Source of the DNA: an uncultured Desulfatitalea sp.
GTDB lineage: Bacteria > Desulfobacterota > Desulfobacteria > Desulfobacterales > Desulfosarcinaceae
Reading direction: 5' to 3'
Assembly (NCBI GenBank): GCA_963668675.2
Contig: CAXXMB010000001.1
Span: forward strand, 992,001 to 1,056,000
DNA length: 64,000 nt
Positions 1 to 12,158 of this stretch are shown one piece after another. A program made the translations under genes and the position numbers. Within the stretch, counting starts at the first letter, position 1. Every line of letters starts with the position of its first letter. Under the pieces are notes generated by a model, which saw only the letters and a program-made list of their open reading frames with translations, had not been told where the DNA came from and made no database searches.

Positions 1-303
1 GGCACTGGCAATTCTCTCGGCAAAGGCATCGATCGTCAATGGGTCGAGTTCAGGGCCGTTTTCAGATCCCTCTCCAAGTCGCTCCTTGATCTGTACTAGC
101 GAGTAGCCTGCCTTCCGAAGATCTCGGACGGTTTCAAACACAGCCATATCTTTCAGGGTATATCGGCGTTGGCCGCCGGCAGTCCGCTCCGGTCGGATGA
201 GCGCCGGAAGCGCCTTCTCCCAATATCGCAGTGTTGATTTCGGCAATGCCAACCGCTCGCTGGCCGATTGAATGGTAATGTTTGGCAACTTTGATTTTTC
301 CAT
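1..303 (-). CDS. MerR-family transcriptional regulator (3' end outside window)
   Basis: Own translation from ATG at 303: MEKSKLPNITIQSASERLALPKSTLRYWEK...RTAGGQRRYTLKD...LRKAGYSLVQIKERL, a typical MerR HTH; not in the ORF track. Confidence 0.85.
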   Translation of the reverse strand, partial: MEKSKLPNITIQSASERLALPKSTLRYWEKALPALIRPERTAGGQRRYTLKDMAVFETVRDLRKAGYSLVQIKERLGEGSENGPELDPLTIDAFAERIASA

Positions 304-410
304 CAGACCGCTCTTGTCAATATAGCTCCGCCTGGTGGCTCACATAAAAGCAGAAGCGTGGGGATATGGGGTTAATGTTGAAGTGCAACTTTAACTTGCA
401 AGCTTCAATT

Positions 411-427
411 TAGCATAAACCGTACCA
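411..427 (-). promoter_or_regulatory. Putative sigma54 (-24/-12) promoter of the MerR gene
   Basis: Minus strand reads TGGTACGGTTTATGCTA, i.e. GG-N10-GC. Confidence 0.55.
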
Positions 428-610
428 CCCGCCATATGTATCATTTTTTTCTTTATTAACTGTTAGTTATAATATTTTAAGTCAAAAGGAGATGTTAATT
501 TTGCCAATATCTTGACGGGAAAAGCTAAAGCTGGATGTGAAAGCAGCCGGCGGCCGCGATGTGGCCGCCGGGCGGAATGAATTGATAGGGTAACTTGGAA
601 GATTTCAATT

Positions 611-1993
611 TCAGCCGATAACAGCCAGGGCGCCCCTCCGCTCTTTCAGCTGTTGATCGAGCAGCGCCGCGCCTTCAAAAGGAAGGTACAATTTAAAGGT
701 CGTGCCGGTTCCTGTTTCGGATTGGAGGTGGATATAGCCGGAGTGGGATTTGAGGATACCATCGGCTGCAGCTAGCCCTAATCCGACGTGTCCCTGAATC
801 TTGGGGTCTGAGAAGAAGGGTTGAAAAACCCGTTTCCTGCTCGCTTCGCCAATACCGCAGCCGCAATCATGAACGGTAATCACCAGGTAGTTGCTTCCCT
901 TTTGAACGCCGCATCTATCGCGGGGCGCCTCCTCCTGCAGGGTTTGTACGCTGATATGGAGGTGGCCGCCATCGGGCATGGCCCTGGCCGCATTGGCTAC
1001 GATCTCATCCAGGGCCCACTCCAACTGCCGCCGGTTGGCCTTGATCCTCGGCAAGTTGACGCCGATCCGGCAGTGGGTCTCTATCTGGGGGTAACGGTGC
1101 CTTACTCGACTGAGCAGTCGATCAAGCAGCGCATTCGGCTTCAACATTTTCTTGCGGACGGCTCCGCAATCGCCTGCGTAAAGAAGCAGCTGACCGACCA
1201 TATCCAGTCCGCGGTCAACCAGAATATTGATGGTGCTAAGCCGTTTCTGGAACCGGGCATCGTCCTCTTCCGGCGAAAGAATGGCCCTGCAATGTTTCCC
1301 GATAGATTGAAACAGCACTTCGAGCACCCGCCCGGTGCTTCCGGCGATCAGCCTGGGTCGCTGGACCCGGGAAGCCCATTTCAGGCGGGCCTCAAAATTC
1401 CATGGGTCGCCCTCACCCAAGCTGGTGCACCCGTCACACTTCATCTCTGATATCAATTGATTCAAACGTATTCGCTTAGCCACGGTTCTGCGCTCACTCA
1501 GAAAACCCAACACCATATGGATCAGAAAAGCACCGCTCTGGATCAACCGCTCCATCTGCTCGACACGGGCGTAACGCTCATCGTCAGAACGCAGTTGCAG
1601 CCGTATCAGGGAGGCGTTGCCCCAGATGCCCATGAGAAGATTGTTAAAATGGTGTGATATGCCTCGGATGAGGCTTCGTACGACGGCCTGTTCGCCGTTG
1701 GTCAGGCCGAATGGGGTCCTGAAATTCCAGGCATCATGATCGCCGCTAGCCTCGTCGGCCTCCCTGCGCTTTTGCAAGGGCACCGCATTACCCAAACTGA
1801 GCGGCAACCTGAATATTCGCGCCACGCCATCCCCCGACGGGCAAATCCGATGCAGTGTGGGGGATTCTACGGAACCGCAGGGCCCGTTTTCCAGGCCATC
1901 GACAAAGATAGCGGTCATGATCGGCAGCAGGTCTTGTTCTCTTTCAATCCAGGAAGCATTGTCAGCCAATGTCATTGTAGCGCTCATATCCAT
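611..1993 (-). CDS. Cytoplasmic histidine kinase-like protein (HisKA, degenerate second HisKA, HATPase_c)
   Basis: H-box ISHHFNNLL, N-box EIVANAARAM, G1 DCGCGI, F box FQPFF, G2 GLGL. Confidence 0.8.
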   Translation of the reverse strand: MDMSATMTLADNASWIEREQDLLPIMTAIFVDGLENGPCGSVESPTLHRICPSGDGVARIFRLPLSLGNAVPLQKRREADEASGDHDAWNFRTPFGLTNGEQAVVRSLIRGISHHFNNLLMGIWGNASLIRLQLRSDDERYARVEQMERLIQSGAFLIHMVLGFLSERRTVAKRIRLNQLISEMKCDGCTSLGEGDPWNFEARLKWASRVQRPRLIAGSTGRVLEVLFQSIGKHCRAILSPEEDDARFQKRLSTINILVDRGLDMVGQLLLYAGDCGAVRKKMLKPNALLDRLLSRVRHRYPQIETHCRIGVNLPRIKANRRQLEWALDEIVANAARAMPDGGHLHISVQTLQEEAPRDRCGVQKGSNYLVITVHDCGCGIGEASRKRVFQPFFSDPKIQGHVGLGLAAADGILKSHSGYIHLQSETGTGTTFKLYLPFEGAALLDQQLKERRGALAVIG

Positions 1994-2542
1994 CTCTCCA
2001 AAAAGAAATCCGTATCAATTCCAGCGTCCTACCAGGTTTATTTGCAATGACCGTACCACTAAATAAAGAAAATATTTTATCTTTTATTATCGATAAGTTA
2101 CACACATTCTATTCCCAACCTGCCGATTTTACGGTCAAAGTATTGACACCGGCGCGCTGTTGCTTCGATCCGCGCAAAACGGCACTAGGTGAGCTCCGGC
2201 TTCAGGTATCCCGGCCGACTCTCTCCGGTCGATCCCTTTTGGTCGCTGGCCTGGAAGCCCGTGTTCATTCCAGTTTAATGCTGCCGCGCGCAAACATTAA
2301 GCTGTTGAGTTCACAACATTTTGATTGCATTGCCAATTCAAACACTTGACACTCGTACTATCCGATGGCATACATTTTATTATCGTTTACGAATATCACC
2401 CATTTACTCAATTGTTGGCAAAGTTGGCTTCGTACGACGGTACACAATCGGCAGCAGTACGAATGAAGATGTGTGCCGCAGGCTTCATCTTACCGTCTAA
2501 CAGGACGGAATCCTTCATCCGGGCGTAAATATCACTGACACC

Positions 2543-3931
2543 ATGGAAAACTTTCCTATCCTTTTTGTCGACGACGACCAGCAGATTCTCGATGTTGTTG
2601 CCGCCTATCTGACCCGCAATGGCTATAGCGTAGATACTGTCAACAACGGGCTTTTGGCTCTTGAAAAGATCAAGGAGAAAGAGTTTGCGGCCGTCTTCAC
2701 CGATCTGATCATGCCTGAGATCAGCGGCCTGGACCTGCTTAAATCGATCAAGGATGCCAGCCCGACCACCGAGGTCATTATCGTCACCGGCTATGGCACG
2801 ATCGAGTCCGCCATCGAAGCGCTCAAACGCGGAAGTTACGACTATTTGCAAAAGCCAATCAATTTCGAACGCTTAAAAATCCTCATCGATCGCATCGTCG
2901 AAAAAAAGAAACTCCAGCTGGAAAACTATCTGATCAAGCGACGACTCAAAGATCGCTACAACTATGACCAGCTCGTGGGCAAAAGCGCCAAGATGCAGCA
3001 GATCTACGACGTCATCGACCGCATCAGCAACGGCAGCCCCACCATATTGATTCAGGGGGAGAGCGGCACCGGCAAGGAGCTGGTGGCCAATGTCATCCAC
3101 CAGAACAGTGTCAGGCGAAAAATGCCTTTTATACCGGTAAATTGTGGCGCGATTGCCGAAGGGTTGCTTGAAAGCGAACTCTTCGGGCATGTGAAGGGTG
3201 CCTTCACCGGTGCGGTAAAGGACACCATCGGACTGTTCAAGGCGGCCGACGGTGGCACCATCTTCCTTGACGAGATTGCCGAAGTGCAACCGGCCCTGCA
3301 GGTCAAGCTGCTCAGGGTGCTCCAGGAAAAAAAGATCCGGCCGGTTGGCGACACCCACGAGAGCGAAGTGGATGTCCGCGTCATTGCCGCCACCAATAAG
3401 AACCTCGAACAGGCGATCATCCAAAAAGTATTCCGCGAGGACCTCTACTATCGCCTCAATGTCATCTCGCTGCAAATGCCGTCACTTCGTGAAATCCGGG
3501 AAGACATCCCCAATCTGGTCAACCACTTTATCAAGAAATTCTCCACCGACAGCCACAGGGAGGTGTTGCGGATATCGTCCGAGGCCTTGGACCTGATGAT
3601 GAACTATGACTGGCCGGGCAATGTGAGACAGCTTGAAAACGTCATTGAGCGCGCCTTTGCCCTGGGCGCGACGGAAACGATCGAGGCAAACGACCTGCCT
3701 CCGGAGTTGCGTTCGATGAGCGAAAGAGATAGAATAAGCGACAATAATTACAATCTGGTAGAAAATGAAAGGCTGCTGATCTCCCGCGCGCTCAAAACAA
3801 CCAAAGGAAACAAAGCGGAGGCGGCGAAATTGCTGGGGATTAATCTGACAACGGTTTACCGCAAGCTTGAAAAGTATCGAATCACCGATTCCGGCTCCGG
3901 AAGCGATTCCGGGATGAATCGGCTTCGGTAG
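2543..3931 (+). CDS. Sigma54-dependent response regulator (NtrC/AtoC family)
   Basis: Receiver domain, Walker A GESGTGKE, GAFTGA loop, FLDEI, WPGNVRQL, C-terminal Fis HTH. Confidence 0.95.
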   Translation: MENFPILFVDDDQQILDVVAAYLTRNGYSVDTVNNGLLALEKIKEKEFAAVFTDLIMPEISGLDLLKSIKDASPTTEVIIVTGYGTIESAIEALKRGSYDYLQKPINFERLKILIDRIVEKKKLQLENYLIKRRLKDRYNYDQLVGKSAKMQQIYDVIDRISNGSPTILIQGESGTGKELVANVIHQNSVRRKMPFIPVNCGAIAEGLLESELFGHVKGAFTGAVKDTIGLFKAADGGTIFLDEIAEVQPALQVKLLRVLQEKKIRPVGDTHESEVDVRVIAATNKNLEQAIIQKVFREDLYYRLNVISLQMPSLREIREDIPNLVNHFIKKFSTDSHREVLRISSEALDLMMNYDWPGNVRQLENVIERAFALGATETIEANDLPPELRSMSERDRISDNNYNLVENERLLISRALKTTKGNKAEAAKLLGINLTTVYRKLEKYRITDSGSGSDSGMNRLR

Positions 3932-3991
3932 ACGGCCCCGGCGGTCGGCACAGCAGAGCAACCCACCAGCCAACCCTTAGAGGAGATAGAC

Positions 3992-4441
3992 ATGTCCGAC
4001 GGTTTGGATGTCATCATTGTAGACGATGATCCCGCTGTATGCGATTTGATCTCAACCATCGTAAAGCGATTCTACACGTGGGGAGAGGTAGTGCCGTTTT
4101 CAGATACGGAAGAGGCGTTGAAGTACTGCAAGGGACGGGATATCGGCGTGGCCATCTTTATCGTTGATGTCTTTCTCGGCGGCGTCAGCGGCTTCTACTT
4201 CCTCGATGAGGTGGAGGAGCGGTTTCCCACCGCGCATTCGGACGCCATCATTATCACCGGCAACGCCAGCGACGACATCGTCAACATGTGCATCGCCTCG
4301 GACGTCAACCACCTGCTTGAAAAACCGGTCAAACCCTATGCCATGCAGCTTGCGGTGAGGGCGATCGCGGAAAAGTATCTCAAGTTTGCCAAAAAACTTT
4401 TCCAGGATCCGGATTTTGCCAAAAATGTTTCCGACATCTGA
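3992..4441 (+). CDS. Single-domain response regulator
   Basis: IIVDDD, phosphoacceptor D in IVDV, IITG and KP receiver motifs. Confidence 0.85.
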   Translation: MSDGLDVIIVDDDPAVCDLISTIVKRFYTWGEVVPFSDTEEALKYCKGRDIGVAIFIVDVFLGGVSGFYFLDEVEERFPTAHSDAIIITGNASDDIVNMCIASDVNHLLEKPVKPYAMQLAVRAIAEKYLKFAKKLFQDPDFAKNVSDI

Positions 4442-4496
4442 TTCGATAGCCCTCATCCGTTTCTAAATTCGATGTGTATGACAGACAGCCTTTAGC

Positions 4497-5225
4497 ATGC
4501 AGACCCCTGAACCTGAACACCTCAGCGGACAGAAAACGGCGGAAATCATCGCCTGGCTGGCGACATCGCACACCCTTATCAAAGTCAGTCTGCCCGTCGG
4601 GGATTACGAACGGCTGACCATGATTATCGAAACGGATCAGCCGGAAGGTCGTCCCGTTTTTCAGATCGACCCCCCCGAAGGATTGATCGATGAAATGTCG
4701 AAAGGCTCCCAGGGTGAGCCGATGATGCTTCATTTCGAATTCGCAGGAGAAGACCGCCTGCCGCACAGATTCGAAACCCCCGTTGCCAGTATCAACGCGC
4801 AACACCTTTGGCTGCATTACCCTGCAGAAATCCAACGACTTCAGCTTCGGGACAATTTCCGGATCAAAGCGCCCTCCAACGCCGAACTGGTGGTTCCCAT
4901 GGAGGACCGCAATATCCACATGGCAGTGGACAACATCAGTCGGGGAGGTGCCTTCTGCCACTGCTCCAATGTCTTGAAGTTGCGTTTTTCAATGGGCATG
5001 TCCTGTGACCGGTTGAAACTCAGTATCCATATGGTTGGCGGAAGCCACACCATGGCCATCGACCGTGCGGTGGTCAGGCGGATTGAGAGGAGGGTGCGCC
5101 CCAAGCATTTCGGCGTCGCCTTTGAATTCACCAAAATGAGGCCCGAGGCCCGCAAACAACTGACTAAGATAATCTACGATTTACATCGCCAATTTCTTAA
5201 AAACCGAATTAAGTCTATCGGTTGA
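4497..5225 (+). CDS. PilZ-domain (YcgR-like) c-di-GMP-binding protein
   Basis: QLRDNFR (RxxxR) and DNISRGG (D/NxSxxG) PilZ motifs. Confidence 0.85.
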   Translation: MQTPEPEHLSGQKTAEIIAWLATSHTLIKVSLPVGDYERLTMIIETDQPEGRPVFQIDPPEGLIDEMSKGSQGEPMMLHFEFAGEDRLPHRFETPVASINAQHLWLHYPAEIQRLQLRDNFRIKAPSNAELVVPMEDRNIHMAVDNISRGGAFCHCSNVLKLRFSMGMSCDRLKLSIHMVGGSHTMAIDRAVVRRIERRVRPKHFGVAFEFTKMRPEARKQLTKIIYDLHRQFLKNRIKSIG

Positions 5226-5279
5226 ACTTTTCCTTGCAAACACCTCTCTAACGGCATCTCATCAGGGCGATGCCGTTTC

Positions 5280-5741
5280 TCACTGGCCGCCGTCGCCGCC
5301 ATCCGGCACATAGGCCCCGCCTTCGAAGCGGGCAATCTCCTTGGCAGCCGTCAGCAGCGTCTCCGACGCAATCTGTTTCATGGGGTGCGCATCGGGCGTC
5401 TCATCGACCAGGTCTTCGAGGGACCTGAACTCTCTCTTCATCTGCTGAATTGCCGGCTCCACGTCGCGCAGAGCGATCCTGCTGTCGGAAAGGAGTTGTT
5501 GATAGCTCTCCATGGCATCGATCATTCGATCCGTATGTGTAAAGATATGCTCAACCGGCACCTCCATGATCGGCCGGATGACCGGTTGAATAGCCGCCGT
5601 GGACTGAACGCGCTCAGTTGAGGTTGCCCCAATGGACTTGTCGAGCACATTCGCAAATGGATGCGTCCCCTCCCCCGAAACGGATCTATTTTTGCGCACA
5701 GGCGCATTGGGCTGCAGATTATTATCGTTGGTAATTTTCAC
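5280..5741 (-). CDS. Hypothetical protein
   Basis: 153-aa ORF with an AGGAGGAG RBS upstream; no recognisable motif. Confidence 0.65.
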   Translation of the reverse strand: MKITNDNNLQPNAPVRKNRSVSGEGTHPFANVLDKSIGATSTERVQSTAAIQPVIRPIMEVPVEHIFTHTDRMIDAMESYQQLLSDSRIALRDVEPAIQQMKREFRSLEDLVDETPDAHPMKQIASETLLTAAKEIARFEGGAYVPDGGDGGQ

Positions 5742-6116
5742 GACCGCTCCTCCTTTATTGACTGGGTGGTGTTCCCCCTCTCTTTATACAAATATCGTGC
5801 AAACAAATAAAAAAAGTGAATATTTTCATAAAAAGCACTTCTCTTCAGCCGATCCAACCGTGCCCGAAACACCCCCCGCAATCCATCTATCCTACCAATA
5901 TGTATTAACTTTAATAACATCCCCATCTCTCTCTGTTCGCGATGCGTTCAGTGCCGCTCGAAGCGATCCCGGCCTTGGGACAGCCTCTGGTGCAGCTGCA
6001 GCAAACAGAGCACTTCTTGCCTTGTTACGGAAAAATCTGCCTCTATGCGATGACGTGATTTCGGCGGGATGGCAAACTCATTCTGGAAGCGATATAGGAG
6101 GGATCCACACCATTTC

Positions 6117-7031
6117 CTACAGGTCGATCACCATGCCCTCCCGGGCGAAAAATATCTCGGTATCTCCCCCGGGCGGCCTGCAGTACTTTTCGGCCAGGGC
6201 ATCGAGCTGGTCGTCGGTGCGCTGGATATCGTGGTGAAAAAGGGAGAGCCGTTTCACCTGGTTGCGCTCTGCAATATCGATGGCATGCTCCATATAGGAG
6301 TGGCCCCAACCGATCCGGGAGCGCTCGTACTCTTCCTTTGTATACATGGTGTCATAGATGAGCAGGTCTGCCCCCTGCACGAACTGCCCGATCTGCCTGT
6401 TGGCCTCCTGGGCCGCCTCCTCGCCCTGGGACGCTGTCTCGGCATCGTAATTGGGATCGGTGGGATCGCAACTGAACAGGTTGCGGAAAGGCTCGGTATC
6501 GTATGCGGTACAAAAAACCCTGCCCATGAATTCGAATCGGTAACCGAGGCAAAGGAGCGGATGGTTGAGAAACTTGGTCTTGAGCTTCAGCCCATCGCCA
6601 AGATCGTACTCCCCCTCCTTCAGGTTGACATAGCTCACCTCCGATGAGAGGTCGTCATGCCTGACGGGAAAGTACCGGTAGGTCCACTGTCCGCTAAGCA
6701 CCTCTTTCAGCGGCTCCTCATCATAGGTGACCGGTCCGTAGATGGTAAACTGAGAGGTGGGCATGTAGATGGGGGTGAAGAAGGGAAACCCCATGATATG
6801 ATCCCAGTGGGTGTGGGTCAGAAAAATCTCGGCCTTGATGGGTGTACCGTCGGAATGTGTGTCCAGAAGGTGGTTGCCCAGTTGACGAATACCAGATCCT
6901 GCATCGATAATGATCAGACGATCAAGCTCTTCGATGTACAGTTCCAGACAGGCAGTATTGCCACCATAACGAACCGTATCAACACCCGGACTGGGGATAG
7001 AACCTCTTACCCCCCAGAACTTAATGCGCAT
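6117..7031 (-). CDS. MBL-fold metallo-hydrolase
   Basis: WGVRGSIP, YGGNTAC, THTHWDH (HxHxDH), WGHS and FHHD motifs. Confidence 0.9.
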   Translation of the reverse strand: MRIKFWGVRGSIPSPGVDTVRYGGNTACLELYIEELDRLIIIDAGSGIRQLGNHLLDTHSDGTPIKAEIFLTHTHWDHIMGFPFFTPIYMPTSQFTIYGPVTYDEEPLKEVLSGQWTYRYFPVRHDDLSSEVSYVNLKEGEYDLGDGLKLKTKFLNHPLLCLGYRFEFMGRVFCTAYDTEPFRNLFSCDPTDPNYDAETASQGEEAAQEANRQIGQFVQGADLLIYDTMYTKEEYERSRIGWGHSYMEHAIDIAERNQVKRLSLFHHDIQRTDDQLDALAEKYCRPPGGDTEIFFAREGMVIDL

Positions 7032-7956
7032 TGGTTTGCTCTTTTCGACTGTTTTTCAGGAAGACGCGTGCCCTCTCAACCTCATCCTCAATTTGCGGCC
7101 GTTTCTGCAGGATATCTTCCGTTTTCAATGAGATGCGCCCAGACAACTCCTGAATCATCATCTCATCCCCCACCCCGTCGCCGGACGCACCGATTTGCAG
7201 GTGGTGGGCTATCTGGTTCCCCAGACTCATGGCATACAACAGATCGCTTGGCTCACACCCCTCGGACAGCGGCCGGTGATGGTTCATAATGGCATGTTTC
7301 ATGTCGTTGCTCAACTTCCATTTGGCGCCAATAAGCCAACCCACCTGGCAGTGGTCGAAACCGATGAAACGACTCTCCGCCTGATACAGGGGAATCTCAT
7401 CATCCTCACTGCTGGCCATTGCCTGGTGATAGAGATCCGCGAAACAGGCGATCATTGGCAACTTACCGAGATCATGTAACAAGCCGGCAACAAAGTACTC
7501 CTCCTGGGCAATCACCGGAATGCGCATCATCTTGGCAATCGTTTTGGTGGTGACCCCGACGCAGAGGCAGTGGGCCCAGTAATCGTCCATCGAAAAACGG
7601 CTGGCCGCGGAGGTCGACTTGAACGAAGCGAGTACCGATGTTGCCAGGACCAGGTTTTTCACCGTGTTGAGCCCCAGCATGATAATGGCTCTGGTCAGGG
7701 ACGTCACCCTGTTCGGCAAGCTGTAGTAGGCCGAGTTGATCAGGCGCAGCACCTGCCCGGCCAGCACCGGATCGTAGGAGATGAGCCGGTTGAGTTCATC
7801 GGGTGACGTGTCCGGGTTGTTGCACACCTCCAGCACCTTGGTCACCGTCGTGGAGAGGCTCGGCATTCTGGAAATGTATACCTGTATTTGTTTTAATCTA
7901 TCCTCCGGCAATGCCGGAGCTTCCATATCAGGGGCTTTCATCATACTCGGCACCAT
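7021..7956 (-). CDS. HDOD-domain protein
   Basis: DPVLAGQVLRLINSAYY, AGLLHDLGK, GFDHCQVG...KWKL. Confidence 0.9.
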   Translation of the reverse strand: MVPSMMKAPDMEAPALPEDRLKQIQVYISRMPSLSTTVTKVLEVCNNPDTSPDELNRLISYDPVLAGQVLRLINSAYYSLPNRVTSLTRAIIMLGLNTVKNLVLATSVLASFKSTSAASRFSMDDYWAHCLCVGVTTKTIAKMMRIPVIAQEEYFVAGLLHDLGKLPMIACFADLYHQAMASSEDDEIPLYQAESRFIGFDHCQVGWLIGAKWKLSNDMKHAIMNHHRPLSEGCEPSDLLYAMSLGNQIAHHLQIGASGDGVGDEMMIQELSGRISLKTEDILQKRPQIEDEVERARVFLKNSRKEQTNAH

Positions 7957-8117
7957 CCGTCCGTATACCCTTCAAATGCTTCGAACCGCACACTGCTTGC
8001 CGTTTCGCAACGCCATCTGGATATTTCGGTATTAATTAGCATCGGCGTTCAATCACACTTTCATATCTGTAGATCCAACCGTCGCCATCACCGTTCACAA
8101 ATCGTCTGCATATCCCT

Positions 8118-8133
8118 GGCAAAAGCCGTGCCA
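8118..8133 (-). promoter_or_regulatory. Sigma54 promoter of the HDOD-MBL operon
   Basis: Minus strand TGGCACGGCTTTTGCC matches TGGCAC-N5-TTGC exactly. Confidence 0.75.
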
Positions 8134-8440
8134 GCGAACGGCTATCAAGGTTTTGGTCCGCGTGCCTCTTTTCGATCTGGCCGAACCCCCCCTTCGTGTA
8201 ATCATTACCAATTATTTTCAACCTATTACAAGGAGGACAAAAATTCAATCCCTCATTAGGGGTATGAAAAAAAATCAACCCCACTATCGGTGTGTCAACG
8301 ACTTGACGACCAAAAGTACCACGCAATGGGTTTTGCAATTTGCAACCGCAAGGTGACGTTTTGTGTCCGAACATGGTCCCCTCAGCCACAATCAATTTTT
8401 CTATCTGACTGTTATTTTTATCTATATTATTTTAAGAGTT

Positions 8441-8456
8441 CGGCACGATCCTTGTA
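8441..8456 (+). promoter_or_regulatory. Putative sigma54 promoter of the flagellar rod-like gene
   Basis: CGGCACGATCCTTGTA, near consensus with GT instead of GC at -12. Confidence 0.5.
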
Positions 8457-8557
8457 GTAACATTCATAACAACCGGTGCATCGGATCGAAAAAAATCGCC
8501 TGCACGCTTAAGGCCCGGATCCCGGAACGCGCCTCAACCTGCGACAGGGAGCATTAA

Positions 8558-8911
8558 ATGGTCGGCTCAGTGTATCCAGCTCTTTCGGCTTTGTCCGCTT
8601 TCCAGAATAAAATGGACGTTACCGCCAACAACGTGGCCAATGTCAATACGGACGGCTTCAAGAAGAGCCGGACCAACATGCAGGAAGCCAGCACCGGCGG
8701 CGTCACCGCCTCCATCCAACAAATCGACACCCCGGGCATCGTCCGAGAGATCATCGGCAGCGAAGGCATCGAGGAGGTGGAGTCCTCCAACGTCGACCTT
8801 GCTGAAGAGCTGCCTGAAATGATCAGCACCAAGACCGCATACAGCGCCAACATCAAAACCGTTCAGACCCAGGACGAGATGCTGGGCTCCCTTCTCGACA
8901 TCATCGGCTGA
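8558..8911 (+). CDS. Flagellar basal-body rod-like protein (FlgC/FlgG family, short)
   Basis: ANNVANVNTDGFK N-terminal and SNVDLAEE...YSAN C-terminal rod motifs. Confidence 0.8.
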   Translation: MVGSVYPALSALSAFQNKMDVTANNVANVNTDGFKKSRTNMQEASTGGVTASIQQIDTPGIVREIIGSEGIEEVESSNVDLAEELPEMISTKTAYSANIKTVQTQDEMLGSLLDIIG

Positions 8912-9285
8912 CCGCCCCCCCCAATTCTGACAAGCCATTCCGGTTGGCCTGCCAGAAATCTCCTTAACCTCTCTGCTGCAAAGGAGATCTTCATTCCGAA
9001 ACAAAAGCAACGGGTTATACCTCGACATAAGGGGTATTTTAACAGATGACGGCAAATCCAGTCGCGGGGCGAGTGCGCACCTATTGCGCAATAATATCGG
9101 TTTTCAGTAGAAAAGAAGCAGGAAGATGAACGATCGGTGGCAAGACGTTTGTGCAGATGGGTCGGCATCGACCCGGGGGCGGCTCGCTCTTCGCCCCCGG
9201 CAGGAAGTTCGGTCGGCTTCATAGTCGTGGAACGGCAACCGAACCTCTACAGAATGGTTTACCAAAGGGAAGATAATCCCCTCTG

Positions 9286-9567
9286 TCATGAGTTTATCTT
9301 CTCTCTTAACTTCCCGGAGCATTTAAACGTTACGACTTTGCGCTGGGACAGGATAAGATCGTCTCCTGTGGCGGGATTACGGCCTCGGCGCTCTCTTTTA
9401 TTCTTAACGCAAAACTTCCCGAAACCACTGATCAGAACATCTTCACCATTCTCTAACGTATTTTTGATGATCTCGATCAGCCCCTCAATCACTTCTGTAC
9501 TTTTGTTTTTTGGAAACGGTAATTCTTCATGAATGATATCGACGATCTGGGCTTTGGTCAGGGTCAT
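9286..9567 (-). CDS. ihfA: Integration host factor subunit alpha
   Basis: MTLTKAQI, ISGFGKF, RRGRNPATG, RKVVTFKCSGKLREKIN. Confidence 0.9.
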   Translation of the reverse strand: MTLTKAQIVDIIHEELPFPKNKSTEVIEGLIEIIKNTLENGEDVLISGFGKFCVKNKRERRGRNPATGDDLILSQRKVVTFKCSGKLREKINS

Positions 9568-10006
9568 GATCCAACTGCTCCTTTATGGTATGAATAGTAA
9601 TCCATCTAGTATCGTCAGCAATTTCAGTTATCTAATGCCTATGCGGCTTTTTGTCAAGAAAATAAGCGCGTTATCTTTAAAAATCTCATTAAGGCCTGCC
9701 ACGACACCCCCTATAGAAAATAACCGAAATAGTTTTTACGATCTGTTTTTATTACAATATTTAAATTTTTACCAATAAATTTTTCGTTTTTGGAGCACGA
9801 CATACAACCGGCCCGATATCGGCGCTCTTCGAACGATCCTAAGTGCTGTTTTATCGGCCAGTCCACCCTTCATTTCCGCATCGAAAAAAGAGGAACGCCG
9901 CCATGGGAAGTAACCGTCATCCCGTGCCGGCGGCCTGTGCCCCATACAGCGACAAAAACCAAACAGAAAGGGCTTGTGAGTTACCCCACAAACCCTTGCT
10001 TCTTTT

Positions 10007-10083
10007 TGGTCGGGACAGCAGGATTTGAACCTGCGACCCCAGCGTCCCGAACGCTGTGCTCTACCAGACTGAGCCATGTCCCG
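10007..10083 (-). tRNA. tRNA-Pro(CGG)
   Basis: CGGGACATGGCTCAG...CAGCG-TTCGGGA-CGCTG...GGTTCAAATCC...CCGACCA cloverleaf with encoded CCA. Confidence 0.95.
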
Positions 10084-10154
10084 AATTAAAGCGCCGTTAT
10101 TAAGTCAAACTGCGCTTAAAGTCAATATATTTCCGTGCAATTATTCGACAACTT

Positions 10155-11459
<1,305 letters not shown>

Positions 11460-11504
11460 TCAACACTCCTCAAGGGCTGACAGACTGCAAACGAGCGCAC
11501 TCCC

Positions 11505-12020
11505 CTACCCACCGGTTGTGCCGACACCGCCACCCCCCTGTTTGGCTTGAGCTCTTTTCTCTCTGAAAAATTCCTGGATAACCGCCCGGCACGCCTCCTC
11601 GCACACGCCTGACGTGATCTCAATCTGGTGATTGAGACGACCGTCCCGGGCCAAATCGTACAAAGAGCCCGCCGCGCCCCATTTGGGGTCGGGGGCTCCG
11701 TAAACAAGCCGTGCCACCCTTGCGTGAATCACTGCTCCCATGCACATGACACAAGGCTCGATATTAACATATAAGGTCGACGATAACAAACGATAGTTTC
11801 CCAACATCCGCCCCGCTTCGCGCAGCGCCAGTATCTCGGCATGGGCCGACGGGTCGCACCTTCCGATGGCCTGATTATGCCCCCTTGCCACCACGACACC
11901 GTCACCTCCCACCAGCACAGCCCCCACCGGCACCTCTCCCTCGGAGCGGGCCTTGAACGCCTCCTCGATCGCCATCTCCATGAAAAATTGATCGCGCCTA
12001 TGCGGGTCCCTTATGTCCAT
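11505..12020 (-). CDS. tadA: tRNA adenosine(34) deaminase
   Basis: EVPVGAV, AHAE, EPCVMC, LNH motifs. Confidence 0.95.
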   Translation of the reverse strand: MDIRDPHRRDQFFMEMAIEEAFKARSEGEVPVGAVLVGGDGVVVARGHNQAIGRCDPSAHAEILALREAGRMLGNYRLLSSTLYVNIEPCVMCMGAVIHARVARLVYGAPDPKWGAAGSLYDLARDGRLNHQIEITSGVCEEACRAVIQEFFREKRAQAKQGGGGVGTTGG

Positions 12021-12158
12021 TGAAGTGAATGCCGCCTCCGGTTTTTAATGATAACGCACCCGAAAGTTGTCGGGCCCCTTTTGCAAAACATACCAACTAA
12101 TCGTTGACAATCAGGCAACTATAGCTTAAGAAGTGCCCCTGTTTCAAACAGAAACCAT

